DNA of 64,000 bases from an uncultured Actinomycetes bacterium (GCA_964631685.1 CAZVZU010000009.1:1-64000), one strand, 5' to 3'; positions 20,649 to 31,334 are shown, counted from the stretch's first letter. Numbers and translations: made by a program. Notes: generated by a model from the sequence alone, not told the origin.

Positions 20649-22079
20649 TCATAGATGTAAATCAAAGTACTCCTCTAATTTCATTCCTCTTGAACCTTTT
20701 ATCAAAATAATGCTGTTTTTTTTATCCAATTTTGAAAATTTTTCCTTAAAAACGCCTTTATCATTAAATAAAAATAGTTTATTAATATCGAATCCTGCCT
20801 CTTTAAGCCCCTCTTTTACATTGTCGCAGTAATTGCCCTTATAAAAGATATAATCCGCAACCCTAGCGGCAGACATGCCGATGTTAAAATGCTCTGCCTT
20901 GGAAGATTCTCCCAGCTCCAGCATATCCCCTATAATTAATATCTTTTTTTGATCTGCATAATAATCGTTTAGCAGATTCATCGCCGCTTTAAATGAATCG
21001 GGGTTAGAGTTATAAGCATCATGAATTAGGGTGTAACCTTCCGGCGCATTATCTACGATCTGCATTCTTCCGCTAGGAGGATTAAAACCCTCTAGAACCA
21101 TAACGGAAAAATCTATATCGACCCCGCAAACATACCCTATTAAAAGCGCGCAAAAGAAATCGGATATTAAATGTTTTCCCTTGAATTTAATTTTTGCATA
21201 ATATTTTTTACCCTTAAACTGAAAGGTTAGGCCCGTATATTTTTTTTCATAATTAATACTGCCGCACACAATATCTGCCACTTCTTTTTGCTCAAAGCTA
21301 TAAGAAAGGAGATTAAGGCCTTGTATTTTATTATATTGCCCGCTAAGTGCTTCATCATCTAAGTTCAATATTAAATGAGAGTTTTCTTTTAGATTTGAAG
21401 TTAGAGATAATTTCTCTTCCATAACACCATTTATGTCCTTAAACTCTAAAAGATGAGATTTACCAATATTTATTATCGCACCAACATTTGGTATTATAAT
21501 TTCTGCAAGTTTTTTTATTTCTCCCTTTTTATTTGTTCCAATTTCCAGAACAAGAAAATTGTGACTCCGATTTAATCCTAATATAGTTTTTGGAACACCG
21601 ATTAGATTATTAAAGTTACAAATATTTTTCAGAACTGCATCAAAACCATACTTTTCCGATAATATTTTGTGAACCATATCCTTTGTTGTTGTCTTGCCAC
21701 AAGAACCGGTTATTGCAATCTTTTTATTTAAGCTGAATTTATCTAAATACATCTTGGCTATTTTACCGTAAGCATCAACAGTGTTTTCAACTGCTATGAT
21801 AATTTTATCGGGGTAACATGATATATCGTAGTTTTCGAGAAAAGCCCATGAGACAATAGCACAGGGCGCTCCTCTCTTAAAAACACCGCCTATAAAGTGC
21901 TCTCCGTTGAATATCTTGCCAGTAAAGGCTACAAAAATAGAATTTTTTGAGAATTCTTCCCTTGAATCCGTAAATATTTCGTTAAAAACAAACGGACATG
22001 TCCCGTCCCCTGCAATTATCAGTTGTCCGCTCACGCAATCTACAATTTCGTCAAGCGTAAAATTATATCCTATCTTCAT
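20649..22079 (-). CDS. murF: UDP-MurNAc-tripeptide--D-Ala-D-Ala ligase
   Basis: DSR, AITGSCGKTTTK, NFNNLIGVP, DAYNSNP, GDMLELG, KGSRG. Confidence 0.96.
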   Translation of the reverse strand: MKIGYNFTLDEIVDCVSGQLIIAGDGTCPFVFNEIFTDSREEFSKNSIFVAFTGKIFNGEHFIGGVFKRGAPCAIVSWAFLENYDISCYPDKIIIAVENTVDAYGKIAKMYLDKFSLNKKIAITGSCGKTTTKDMVHKILSEKYGFDAVLKNICNFNNLIGVPKTILGLNRSHNFLVLEIGTNKKGEIKKLAEIIIPNVGAIINIGKSHLLEFKDINGVMEEKLSLTSNLKENSHLILNLDDEALSGQYNKIQGLNLLSYSFEQKEVADIVCGSINYEKKYTGLTFQFKGKKYYAKIKFKGKHLISDFFCALLIGYVCGVDIDFSVMVLEGFNPPSGRMQIVDNAPEGYTLIHDAYNSNPDSFKAAMNLLNDYYADQKKILIIGDMLELGESSKAEHFNIGMSAARVADYIFYKGNYCDNVKEGLKEAGFDINKLFLFNDKGVFKEKFSKLDKKNSIILIKGSRGMKLEEYFDLHL

Positions 22080-23664
22080 AGAATTTTAACACTTCCTCTT
22101 TATCGCTAAAATGATGTTTATTTTCTTTTATTATCATATAGTCTTCATGCCCCTTTCCTGCTATCAGAACAATATCTTTAATTTCCGAAATGGATAGAGC
22201 AGCCCTTATCGCAACAGATCTATCTTTCAGAATAGTGTAAATATGCTTGCCTTGAATGTTTTCAATTTTATTTTTAGCCTCTTGGAAATTTATATTCAAA
22301 AAATCAATAAATACCGCGTCTCCTATCCCTATTTCTATCTCCCTTATTATAGACAACTGTTCCTCATTTCTAGGATTATCAGATGTAATTATGGTGATAT
22401 CAGCAATATCCGTTGAGTGTTTGCCCATAAGAGGCCTTTTCCCTTTATCTCTATCCCCACCGCATCCAAAAACGCTTATCAATCTACCACTGCCAATCTT
22501 TCTCAATGTAGATAGAATCCTTTCAAGGGCATCATCGGTATGCGCATAATCTACGCATATTAAGGGGGTTTTAGTATCTTTGATATTTATCCTTTCGACC
22601 CTGCCCGGAACATTTGTTAGATCTTTCACACCGCCAACTATGTAATCGTCGTGAACAGATAAGGCATAAGCTGCAGAACATGCAGCTAGTATATTATAAA
22701 CGTTATAAGTCCCTATAAGCTTTGAAGAGATATTTAATTTCTTAGATTCGGACGGCAAAATAACATTAAATTTCAATCCGTCTTTAGAATAAGATACGCC
22801 TTCTGCAGATATATCGCTATTCCCTCCTATGCCGTAAGTTATAATCTTAATATCTGTAGATAGACCCATTTCCTTTCGCAATTCCTTGATTAATCTCTTT
22901 CCATAGAAATCATCGTTATTTATTACAGCAAACTTTTTGCTCTTATCGCTCTGCAAAAGTATCTCCGAGAATAATGTTTTTTTCGCTTGGTAGTAATCCT
23001 CCATATCCTTATGGTAATCAAGATGGTCACGGGTTAGGTTTGTAAAAATAGCCACATCACATGCAATCCCGTAAATCCTATCCTGGACAAGGCCATGCGA
23101 AGAGACCTCCATAACGCAGTGGGTTATGCCAAAACTTACCATGTCGTTCATTATTTTATTTAATATGTAGGCGTCGGGCGTAGTATTGCCTGAACTTATT
23201 GCGTTACCCCCAGTTTCATAGCCTATAGTTCCCAGAAGCCCCGTACCATTCCCTGCATTCGTTAAAATGGATTTTATCAGAAATGTAGTAGTCGTTTTTC
23301 CATTGGTTCCTGTTACACCGATTACGCACATTTTTTGACTGGGATTTTTAAAAAAGTTTTTGGAAATACTTGCGTAGACCTTGAGGGCGTCCTGCGCAAG
23401 TATTATTGTAATATTTTTATCTTTCAATTTCCCATAATCGTCTTTGCCGATTTCATTAATCAATATCGCAACCGCGCCATTAGAAACTGCATCTAAAAGA
23501 TAGATATTAGAATTAACAGCAGTCCCCTTTCTTGCGGCAAATATGTATCCTGCTTTCACCTTACGCGAATCATTGGATATCCCCTTAATATCCATATTTG
23601 TAGCGCCGCGTACTGCGATATTTAAACCATTATCTATATCTTTTACGATATCTTGAAGTTTCAT
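22063..23664 (-). CDS. murE: UDP-MurNAc-dipeptide--meso-DAP ligase
   Basis: GVTGTNGKTT, MEVSSH, DHLDYH, VDYAHT, GCGGDRD, DNPR (meso-DAP-type motif), AGKGHE. Confidence 0.97.
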   Translation of the reverse strand: MKLQDIVKDIDNGLNIAVRGATNMDIKGISNDSRKVKAGYIFAARKGTAVNSNIYLLDAVSNGAVAILINEIGKDDYGKLKDKNITIILAQDALKVYASISKNFFKNPSQKMCVIGVTGTNGKTTTTFLIKSILTNAGNGTGLLGTIGYETGGNAISSGNTTPDAYILNKIMNDMVSFGITHCVMEVSSHGLVQDRIYGIACDVAIFTNLTRDHLDYHKDMEDYYQAKKTLFSEILLQSDKSKKFAVINNDDFYGKRLIKELRKEMGLSTDIKIITYGIGGNSDISAEGVSYSKDGLKFNVILPSESKKLNISSKLIGTYNVYNILAACSAAYALSVHDDYIVGGVKDLTNVPGRVERINIKDTKTPLICVDYAHTDDALERILSTLRKIGSGRLISVFGCGGDRDKGKRPLMGKHSTDIADITIITSDNPRNEEQLSIIREIEIGIGDAVFIDFLNINFQEAKNKIENIQGKHIYTILKDRSVAIRAALSISEIKDIVLIAGKGHEDYMIIKENKHHFSDKEEVLKFYEDRI

Positions 23665-23677
23665 AAACGATTACCGT

Positions 23678-25660
23678 TTAATATCTAAATTTAAGGACAA
23701 TACTTTTTTTGCCGCTCATATTCGAACCGGCCTTTATGCTTTGATAATATAAAAAACCAGTGCCTTGAATCTTTATTTGAATATTATATGTTCCTATCAA
23801 GCTTAATACCTTATGTATAGTATAGCCGTTCAAATCAGGCATTGTTCCATTTACATACCTTTTGAGTGCAGCTAATTTTTTTCTATTGAACAGGGCTCGC
23901 TTTGACGCAAACCTACCCGCATCGTTAGTCGATTTTTGCTTTTGCTGTCTATTATATGACCTCTCCATTGGATATATATTTAATATATTTAATGCATTTT
24001 TAAATACATCCTTGACTACCGGAGCACTCACTGCCCCGCCATAGTAGCTTATTTTAGACGGCTCTTCCTGAACAACGATCATAGCCAACTTTGGATGTTT
24101 GTACGGGACAAAGGCCATAAAAGAAGCGGTATATCTGTTTTTATAATAACCGCCTGTTTTAGGATCGGCGACCTGACCAGTCCCTGTTTTTCCGGCAACC
24201 TTAAAATTTATCAGCTTTGCGTATTGACCCGTTCCGCCCTTAACAACCAGCCGCATCATATATTTAACCTCTTTATCAACTTTAGCTGTAATTATTTTAT
24301 TTAGAGCCTTAGGTTTACCGCTATAGACAATCTTGCCGTAAGAATTTATAATCTTTTTAATAATGTATGGCCTTACCACATATCCGCCATTTGCTATCGC
24401 CGAAAGCCCAACTATTTCCTGGAGTCCGGTAACGCTTATGCCTTGACCGAAGGCCATTTCACACAGACTTATCCTATGCCACTTATTTAACGGCTTCATT
24501 ATTCCATTTGCCTCGCCTAAAAGTCCCGCATGGGGGGTATGACCAAACCCCCAAAGACTGAGCCAGTCGTAAAATGCTATCTTGTTAAATTTCATGCCAA
24601 TTTGGCATTCGCCGACATTACTTGAATATTCAACTATCTGATTGACGGTTAAATAACCGAACCATTTTTCAACATCGTGCACGGTCACCCCGTCTACGGT
24701 ATATGCCCCGTGATGCCCATCAAACACAGTGTCCGGTTTTACAAGCCCATCCATAAGCGCGGCGGCTACTATGAACGGTTTCATAGTCGAACCCGGTTCA
24801 AAATCGTCGGTAACAGCTCTATTTCTCCAGTATTTTGCAGAGTAACGCCAGTAATGATTTGGATTAAATTCCGGATAATTTGCCATTGCAAGAATGGCTC
24901 CCGTATTTGGATTCATGAGTATTGCAAAAGCGCCTTTTGAGCCTGCCGCCTTAGCCTCCTTATCTAAATAATATTGCGTAACAAACTGTAACTGTTTGTT
25001 TATAGTTAAATAAATATTATCTCCGTGGGTCGCCCTTCTAAGCCCGAAACCTTTCATGAATATATACTGTCCTAAACCATCGTGTAAAACCTTTAATACA
25101 TGTTTGCTACCCTTTAAAAATTTATTATATTTATACTCTATTCCCGATAAACCGTTATCATTAATACCGACAAAGCCTAAAACATGTGCCAACAATGTCC
25201 CGTTAGGATAGTATCTTACAGGCTGCCTAACTATAATGACCCCGTTAATATGTAATTTTTCAACATCATTTGCAATATGTCCCGATACTCTCCTTTGGAT
25301 CCATGAAAATTGAACATTACGATTTAATATCTTGATTACTTTCCTAAAGCTGATTCCTAATAACCTTGACAACCTTTCTGCATTTTTAAGTTTATGCCTT
25401 ACCATTAAAGGGTCAACGGCAACTCCTTTAATATTAACGCTCGTTGCAAGAACGCTACCGTTAGACGAATAAATATTCCCTCTCTTAGGTGTAAAATATA
25501 CCTCCACATGAAACTGCCGATGGGCAAGTAATCTCAATCTCCTCCCTTCGATTACTTGGAGATTAAATGCCCTTATTATTAATAAACCGCCCAAAATTAC
25601 TAAGACTGTGAAACCAATCAGCATTCTTAGTCTCAAGGTTGTTTTCCATAGTCTAATCAT
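23678..25660 (-). CDS. ftsI: Penicillin-binding protein FtsI (PBP3) with C-terminal PASTA-like domain
   Basis: RGNI, RYYP, GIE, EPGSTMK (SxxK), SSN (SxN), KTG, MPDLNG tail. Confidence 0.95.
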   Translation of the reverse strand: MIRLWKTTLRLRMLIGFTVLVILGGLLIIRAFNLQVIEGRRLRLLAHRQFHVEVYFTPKRGNIYSSNGSVLATSVNIKGVAVDPLMVRHKLKNAERLSRLLGISFRKVIKILNRNVQFSWIQRRVSGHIANDVEKLHINGVIIVRQPVRYYPNGTLLAHVLGFVGINDNGLSGIEYKYNKFLKGSKHVLKVLHDGLGQYIFMKGFGLRRATHGDNIYLTINKQLQFVTQYYLDKEAKAAGSKGAFAILMNPNTGAILAMANYPEFNPNHYWRYSAKYWRNRAVTDDFEPGSTMKPFIVAAALMDGLVKPDTVFDGHHGAYTVDGVTVHDVEKWFGYLTVNQIVEYSSNVGECQIGMKFNKIAFYDWLSLWGFGHTPHAGLLGEANGIMKPLNKWHRISLCEMAFGQGISVTGLQEIVGLSAIANGGYVVRPYIIKKIINSYGKIVYSGKPKALNKIITAKVDKEVKYMMRLVVKGGTGQYAKLINFKVAGKTGTGQVADPKTGGYYKNRYTASFMAFVPYKHPKLAMIVVQEEPSKISYYGGAVSAPVVKDVFKNALNILNIYPMERSYNRQQKQKSTNDAGRFASKRALFNRKKLAALKRYVNGTMPDLNGYTIHKVLSLIGTYNIQIKIQGTGFLYYQSIKAGSNMSGKKSIVLKFRY

Positions 25661-25919
25661 TGACCATTATGATTTCGCCCTCTTTTGGATAAACAAAACC
25701 CATCTTTTTAGCAATTCTATAAATCCTTGAGGGTGAACTTAACGCCGTTTTTTTAATTACAAGTTCCTTGTGTTTATGTTCAAGTCTTGATTTAACAACA
25801 TTTAACTTGTTTATATCATATCCAAGTTTTATGCTTTCCATAGTCGTCCAAACATAAAACATGCCCAGTATAGTAAATATTATTATCGAAACGATGAAAT
25901 ACGGTTTTATTTTAGACAT
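25653..25919 (-). CDS. ftsL: Cell division protein FtsL
   Basis: 88 aa, TM plus leucine-zipper-like segment, LSSPSRI..IA..MG, located between rsmH and ftsI. Confidence 0.85.
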   Translation of the reverse strand: MSKIKPYFIVSIIIFTILGMFYVWTTMESIKLGYDINKLNVVKSRLEHKHKELVIKKTALSSPSRIYRIAKKMGFVYPKEGEIIMVND

Positions 25920-26799
25920 GACGAAAAGCCCTCAATTTTGCACTTCTAGATCTTGGATTAGCCCTAACCTCTTCACTCGACGGCAATAGTGGCTTTTTAA
26001 ACAACGGCGTAAAATTTACATTGCCCTTAAAAATATTTTTAACGATTCTGTCTTCCCCTGAGTGAAAGGATATAACAACTACAACACCTCCCGGATTCAC
26101 TACATTGTCAAGTTTTTCCAAGCACTCCGTTAATGAATCGTATTCTTTGTTCACGAAAATCCTTAACGCCATGAATGTTCTGGTGGCGGGATTTATCCTT
26201 AATTTTCCGGAACCTTTAAAGAATGCCCTCCTTATAACATCTCTTAACTCAATGGGGGTCTCTATTCTCTTTTTTTTTCTATATTCTACAATCTTCCTTG
26301 CTATTCTCCTCGAATGCCTTTCGTCTCCCAGCCTCCATATGATATCCGCAATAATTTTTTCGGGATAATGGTTCACAATTTCGTAAGCGGTCAGATTATC
26401 ATCCTTATTCATTCTCATATCGATATCACCCTCTTCGCTAAAGCTGAATCCCCTACCACCTTCAAGCTGTATAGAGCTTATGCCAAGATCAAAAACTACT
26501 CCGTCAACACCTTCGAAATCCGATTCCCTGACTATGTCGTCTATTCTGTTGAAATTTGAATGAAACAGTTTAAATCGTTTTTTATCAAATTCTTTCTCAA
26601 GTTCAATTTGCACATTTTTAACCGCGCATTCATCCCTGTCGATTCCAATTAAAAAACCGTCAGGGGAAGAGATACTTAATATTTCTTTAGAAAACCCGCC
26701 GCCACCGATAGTACTATCTACATATACCCGTCCCCGCGCTATATTTATAATTTCAACAGTCTCGCCTAACATTACAGGCACATGTCTTGAGTCTTCCAT
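25912..26799 (-). CDS. rsmH: 16S rRNA m4C1402 methyltransferase RsmH
   Basis: HVPVML, DLGISS.QL, RGFSF, DMRM, ISFHSGEDRIVK, NPRSRSAKLR. Confidence 0.97.
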   Translation of the reverse strand: MEDSRHVPVMLGETVEIINIARGRVYVDSTIGGGGFSKEILSISSPDGFLIGIDRDECAVKNVQIELEKEFDKKRFKLFHSNFNRIDDIVRESDFEGVDGVVFDLGISSIQLEGGRGFSFSEEGDIDMRMNKDDNLTAYEIVNHYPEKIIADIIWRLGDERHSRRIARKIVEYRKKKRIETPIELRDVIRRAFFKGSGKLRINPATRTFMALRIFVNKEYDSLTECLEKLDNVVNPGGVVVVISFHSGEDRIVKNIFKGNVNFTPLFKKPLLPSSEEVRANPRSRSAKLRAFRHV

Positions 26800-26820
26800 A
26801 TAGTATTTAAATCTAAATAT

Positions 26821-27264
26821 TTAAAACCCAATTTGGGCCATTGTGGCGGCAATTGAATCAAAATTAGTTTTCGCACTTTCAAAGTTTGTGTCCCATAGAT
26901 CTTTATTCCATATTTCAAATCTGTTTATTATTCCGACGAGTACAACCTCTTTGTCTATATTTCCGCTAATTTTAAGTGATTGCGGGATAAGAAATCTATC
27001 CATTTTATCAAGTTCGAGTTCAGATGCCCCTGAAAAAAAATATCTCAAAAATTCTAGGACATCTTTCTGCATAGAAGGAAGTTTAAGTGCTTTGTTTTCT
27101 AATTTACGCCACTCCTCGATGGGATAGGCAACAAGACACTTATCAAGATTGGTGAGCACAAGCGTGGTATTGTTAAAATTTGACATAAGTGACTCCTTAA
27201 TCTTACATGGAAGTTTAACTCTACCTTTATCGTCAATTGAATGAATATATCTTCCGCTAAACAT
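26821..27264 (-). CDS. mraZ: Transcriptional regulator MraZ
   Basis: MFSGRY.HSIDDKGR, second DxxxR repeat, FEIW; first gene of the dcw cluster. Confidence 0.97.
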   Translation of the reverse strand: MFSGRYIHSIDDKGRVKLPCKIKESLMSNFNNTTLVLTNLDKCLVAYPIEEWRKLENKALKLPSMQKDVLEFLRYFFSGASELELDKMDRFLIPQSLKISGNIDKEVVLVGIINRFEIWNKDLWDTNFESAKTNFDSIAATMAQIGF

Positions 27265-27298
27265 AAAATTAAAAATATTTAAATATAATTAAGTAGTT

Positions 27299-27323
27299 AC
27301 CACTTTTTACCACTTTTTACCAC
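27299..27323 (-). promoter_or_regulatory. MraZ operator: three GTGGT boxes at 10-nt period
   Basis: GTGGTAAAAAGTGGTAAAAAGTGGT between the promoter and the mraZ start. Confidence 0.85.
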
Positions 27324-27329
27324 ATATAA

Positions 27330-27358
27330 ATAATATTATTGATTTTAGTAAAAGTCAA
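27330..27358 (-). promoter_or_regulatory. Sigma70-type dcw promoter
   Basis: TTGACT-17nt-TATTAT immediately upstream of the MraZ boxes. Confidence 0.65.
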
Positions 27359-27557
27359 GTGAATTGAATAAAAAAATTATTAATCTGCCGATAATCACAC
27401 AAAAATTGCCCACGACAATCCTCTGAAGCGCACTAATTAATTGTAAACACAACGGATTAATAATTTTTGAAGTTTTATATTTTTAGAACAAATAAATGGC
27501 AGGTAAATTTTTTAAAGAGAGATATTGCCGTTTCGCACCACAAATGCGGTATCCTTA

Positions 27558-28463
27558 TTAGGCAAACAAGTATCCTTCAAGCCAATCTTTTAAATGCGTT
27601 TTTTTCAATTCGAGCAATCTATTAGATTCTCTGATATTGCAATCGCAAATATTATCGTACTTTAGCATTTTAATCTGTTCGGATGTTACAGGCAGGTTCT
27701 TGACATGGAGCAATCTTTCGAGAATTCCTAATGACCCTTCCGCTATAAAATATGGCGCATGAATTTTTAATTTCTTTGGCGGGGATAACTCCATAATTAA
27801 ATCTATTATACCATCAAAGGTGTAAATATCGGGACCGCACAACTGAAAAACCCTATTTATTGTTTTTTCATTATACAAAGAATTATTGTATGCATCCGCA
27901 ACAGAAAAAACATCCACGGGAGCAAGCTTATTCTCCCCTGACCCGATCACCGGAACAACTAACTTTGTCTTTATTAACCTTATGATATCATCAAAAAAGG
28001 CCGCGTTATCACCAAAAATCAGAGAAGGACGAAAAACTGTCCATTTCAGACCTGAATCTTTAACAATTGCCTCTCCCTTATATTTTGTAGAAAAGTATTC
28101 CGAATCGTTTTCGTTCGCACCAAGTGCGCTCATATGTATAAATCTATCTATGCCGTTTTTTTTTGCTAGTTCAAGTATGATTTTAACATAATCTACATGG
28201 ATTTTTTGGAAGGAAAAACTGCGCAGGCTCTTTATTGTTCCTATAAGATTTACTATAGCATCAAATCTATTATTTGATAAAAAAACATCCAATGCGTCTT
28301 TGTTTTCAATATCCCCCTCGAAAACATCAAAACCGATATCTTTTAACCTCGGAATGTTCTTTCTATTGCGTACTAAAAGCGTAACAGATGCACCTGAGGA
28401 TTTTATTTTTTCGGATACGACCGAACCGACAAAACCTGTTCCGCCGGTAATAAAGATCCTCAT
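27558..28463 (-). CDS. NAD-dependent epimerase/dehydratase, complex I NDUFA9-like SDR
   Basis: ITGGTGFVG, VNLIG, HMSALGA, YFSTK, RPSLIFG. Confidence 0.85.
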   Translation of the reverse strand: MRIFITGGTGFVGSVVSEKIKSSGASVTLLVRNRKNIPRLKDIGFDVFEGDIENKDALDVFLSNNRFDAIVNLIGTIKSLRSFSFQKIHVDYVKIILELAKKNGIDRFIHMSALGANENDSEYFSTKYKGEAIVKDSGLKWTVFRPSLIFGDNAAFFDDIIRLIKTKLVVPVIGSGENKLAPVDVFSVADAYNNSLYNEKTINRVFQLCGPDIYTFDGIIDLIMELSPPKKLKIHAPYFIAEGSLGILERLLHVKNLPVTSEQIKMLKYDNICDCNIRESNRLLELKKTHLKDWLEGYLFA

Positions 28464-28473
28464 ATGTCCCGCC

Positions 28474-29430
28474 TTATTTTATATCCTTGTAATTAAAATA
28501 ATGAATGGCTTCCACGTACCTGACGGTTCCGGTCTTAGACCTCATAACGACGGAATAAGTCTTAGCCCCTCCTTGAAAAAATTCTACGCCCTTAAGGTAA
28601 TCACCACTGGTAACACCGGTAGCAACAAATATAACATCTCCAGCCGCAAGCTCATTGATGTTATATATCTTGCCCAAGTCCTTTATTCCCATCTCAAGAG
28701 CGCGCTCTTTTTCTCCTTCATTTCTAAAAGAAAGCTTGCCCTGCATATCTCCGCCAACACACCTTAACGCCGCCGCGCCAAGAACACCCTCTGGAGCTCC
28801 GCCGGTACCCAAAAGAACATCTATACCGGAATCCTCCTTCGCGGTAGCTATCGCACCTGCAACATCCCCGTCTTGAATCAGTTTAATTCTTGCACCAGTC
28901 TTTCTTACCTCTTCAATCAAACCCTTATGCCTTTCGCGATCAAGAATAATAACAGTTAAATCTTCGACATATCTATTTAAGGCCTCGGCAATTCTATGAA
29001 GATTCTCGGTAGAAGAAAGATTAATATCAATAACTCCCTTTGCCCTGGGACCAACGGCTATTTTTTGCATATACGTATCAGGAGCATGAAGGAAATTTCC
29101 ACTGTCTCCTATTGCCATAACAGCTATAGCATTTGCTATGCTATTCGCCGCCAACGTCGTTCCTTCCAACGGATCGACTGCTATATCAACTTTTTGCCCA
29201 TTACCACTTCCAACCTTCTCTCCGATATAAAGCATAGGGGCTTCATCTCTTTCTCCCTCGCCTATTACAATCGTTCCATCTATGTCTACATACTCGAGAG
29301 AACTCCTCATTGACTCAACTGCTGCTTTGTCAGCGGCCTTTTCGTCTCCCCTGCCTACAAACCTAGACACGGATATGGCAGCATGCTCCGTGACCCTAGC
29401 AAATTCAATTGTTAATGCTTTATCATCCAC
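28474..29430 (-). CDS. glpX: Class II fructose-1,6-bisphosphatase
   Basis: VIGEGERDEAPML, DIAVDPLEGT, APDTYM, DGDVAG, GGAPEGV. Confidence 0.97.
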   Translation of the reverse strand: MDDKALTIEFARVTEHAAISVSRFVGRGDEKAADKAAVESMRSSLEYVDIDGTIVIGEGERDEAPMLYIGEKVGSGNGQKVDIAVDPLEGTTLAANSIANAIAVMAIGDSGNFLHAPDTYMQKIAVGPRAKGVIDINLSSTENLHRIAEALNRYVEDLTVIILDRERHKGLIEEVRKTGARIKLIQDGDVAGAIATAKEDSGIDVLLGTGGAPEGVLGAAALRCVGGDMQGKLSFRNEGEKERALEMGIKDLGKIYNINELAAGDVIFVATGVTSGDYLKGVEFFQGGAKTYSVVMRSKTGTVRYVEAIHYFNYKDIK

Positions 29431-29461
29431 GACTTATCTCCCTAATTTATGTACTTAACTT

Positions 29462-30253
29462 TTATACGCGTTCCGGTACGCCGTCATATTCGTGAAGATC
29501 AGGAGATAACCTCCTAAAGGGCTTTTCTCTGAGCCACTCTTCAAAAACTTGACCAACAAGTCCGCAAGAGCGAGCAATTATAAAGAAACCCTTTCCTAGC
29601 CTATAATCAAAACCCATGTCTGAAATTATAGCAGCAATACAACCATCAACGTTCAACGGAAGTTTTCGCTCCGGTTTTTTGATCTTAAATTCATCCCCGA
29701 TCGCCACAGCAAGCTTAACATAGTTGCCGCCAAAATTTAAGTCTCCCGCAACCTCAAGAAGCCTTTTTGTTCTTGGATCAACCGTATGCAATTTATGCCC
29801 ATAGCCAGCAAGTCTTTTCTTGTTTCTAGCAGCATCATCAACAATATTTTTCGCCATTTCTTTAATATCTACATCACTAATGGCTTCCTTGTCTTTTAAA
29901 TAATCCTGAAACATTTTCGCAGACTTCTCTATTGCTCCTCCGTGAGAATCCCCTAATGTAAGAATTCCACCCGCTACTGCAACATTGAGTGCATTTCCGC
30001 CGGAAAAAATAGTCCTAGCGGCAACGGATGACGGCGTAGCAATACCGGCATCTATACACGAAACGAAAATAGCATCCAGCATTTTTGCCTCATTACGCGT
30101 TGGCATTTCACCCTTTAAAAGTAAAAAACAGACCTCAGCGTAAGATTTATTTCCAATTAAACTATCAAGGTTGTAACCTCTGATAAGAATCTTTCCGTCC
30201 TGGTTAGACGTAATGGCAGTCCGCCACTCTTTTTTAGAATTTATTTCGGACAC
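29462..30253 (-). CDS. ccl: Citryl-CoA lyase
   Basis: 263-aa citrate-synthase-fold protein, WRTAIT..IRGY, HGGAIE, GYGH, DPR, LNVDG; follows two SCS-like subunits. Confidence 0.85.
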   Translation of the reverse strand: MSEINSKKEWRTAITSNQDGKILIRGYNLDSLIGNKSYAEVCFLLLKGEMPTRNEAKMLDAIFVSCIDAGIATPSSVAARTIFSGGNALNVAVAGGILTLGDSHGGAIEKSAKMFQDYLKDKEAISDVDIKEMAKNIVDDAARNKKRLAGYGHKLHTVDPRTKRLLEVAGDLNFGGNYVKLAVAIGDEFKIKKPERKLPLNVDGCIAAIISDMGFDYRLGKGFFIIARSCGLVGQVFEEWLREKPFRRLSPDLHEYDGVPERV

Positions 30254-30323
30254 AGGTATAACTCCTCTATCTAAAAATTTTAATATTATAAAAAAACCTT
30301 TTTCTACCTACACTCTATAATAA

Positions 30324-31334
30324 TCATAATGTGCTGTACAGAGGCTTAATTTCATCAGAGGAACCATCCTTAAAATCCCTTTTAACCCCAAGTGAAATCA
30401 ATGCATTAATAAGCTCATGATAAAACTTTGCAACCTTAATAGTACCCGTTTTTTCACCTACTTTTTCTAATATTTTTATCTTGTCGGTTGCCTTCCCCAT
30501 ACCCCTTTCTACAATTGCACCCGCATGTCCGAAGGAAACTCCATCCGGCATATTTTCCTGAAATACTCCTGCAACAAAAACGGCTAAGGGTTTAGTGTAA
30601 CCACCATTAGTTACAAGTTCAGCAACCTGCTCTTCATACGTACCTCCAGGCTCACCCATTATGACGCAAGCCTGAACACTTTTATCCCTTTCCAACTCAG
30701 GCAAAATATCCGCAAAAGTCGTACATGCAATAACATCGCCGCCCACAGCCAAAGCCATATATATACCGAAGCCCCTTCTTTTTAACATTTCAGATGTAGT
30801 AACCGTAAGCCCGCCACTCTTTGAAAGGACTACAATAGAGCCGTCCCTAAAAGCAACACTAGGATCCTTACCCCCGATTGCACCTATTCTGCCAACAGAT
30901 GGAACAAAACACCCTAAGGACGTTCCTCCTATGACAGTAACCCCTTTTTCTCTGGCAAGCTCGTATATTATAATGGAATCCCTAATAGGAACATGCTCCG
31001 TGACAATATATATTAATTTAATACCATTATCTATTAACTCATAAACAGCATCAAGCACTGATGTAGGAGGAACATATATTAGCCCAACATTCACCGACAT
31101 CTTTAATTCTTTAATTTGTAAAGCATTATTTACGGTATCAAAAACGGGAACAGGACAGTCATCTCTCAGGACTGTTCCGCCCTTGCCCGGGGTTACGCCA
31201 CACTTTACAATGCCGGGATAAAGTCTTTCGGATTCTATAACAACTTGAGATGCCTCTCTTCCCGTTATTCCGATTACTATAACTCCTGTGCCGTCATTCA
31301 AATATTTAGTGCCTTTCATGTTCTTAGTCTCCAA
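30324..31334 (-). CDS. ccsB: Citryl-CoA synthetase small subunit (succinyl-CoA synthetase alpha-like)
   Basis: GITGREASQV, GVTPGKGG, TEHVP, SKSGGL, phospho-His motif SFGHAGA; context with ccl. Confidence 0.75.
   Translation of the reverse strand: METKNMKGTKYLNDGTGVIVIGITGREASQVVIESERLYPGIVKCGVTPGKGGTVLRDDCPVPVFDTVNNALQIKELKMSVNVGLIYVPPTSVLDAVYELIDNGIKLIYIVTEHVPIRDSIIIYELAREKGVTVIGGTSLGCFVPSVGRIGAIGGKDPSVAFRDGSIVVLSKSGGLTVTTSEMLKRRGFGIYMALAVGGDVIACTTFADILPELERDKSVQACVIMGEPGGTYEEQVAELVTNGGYTKPLAVFVAGVFQENMPDGVSFGHAGAIVERGMGKATDKIKILEKVGEKTGTIKVAKFYHELINALISLGVKRDFKDGSSDEIKPLYSTL

Noticed and set aside
27297..27323. Short repeats as a CRISPR array or VNTR
   Set aside because: 10-nt period without spacers; explained as the MraZ operator. 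No cas genes in the window.
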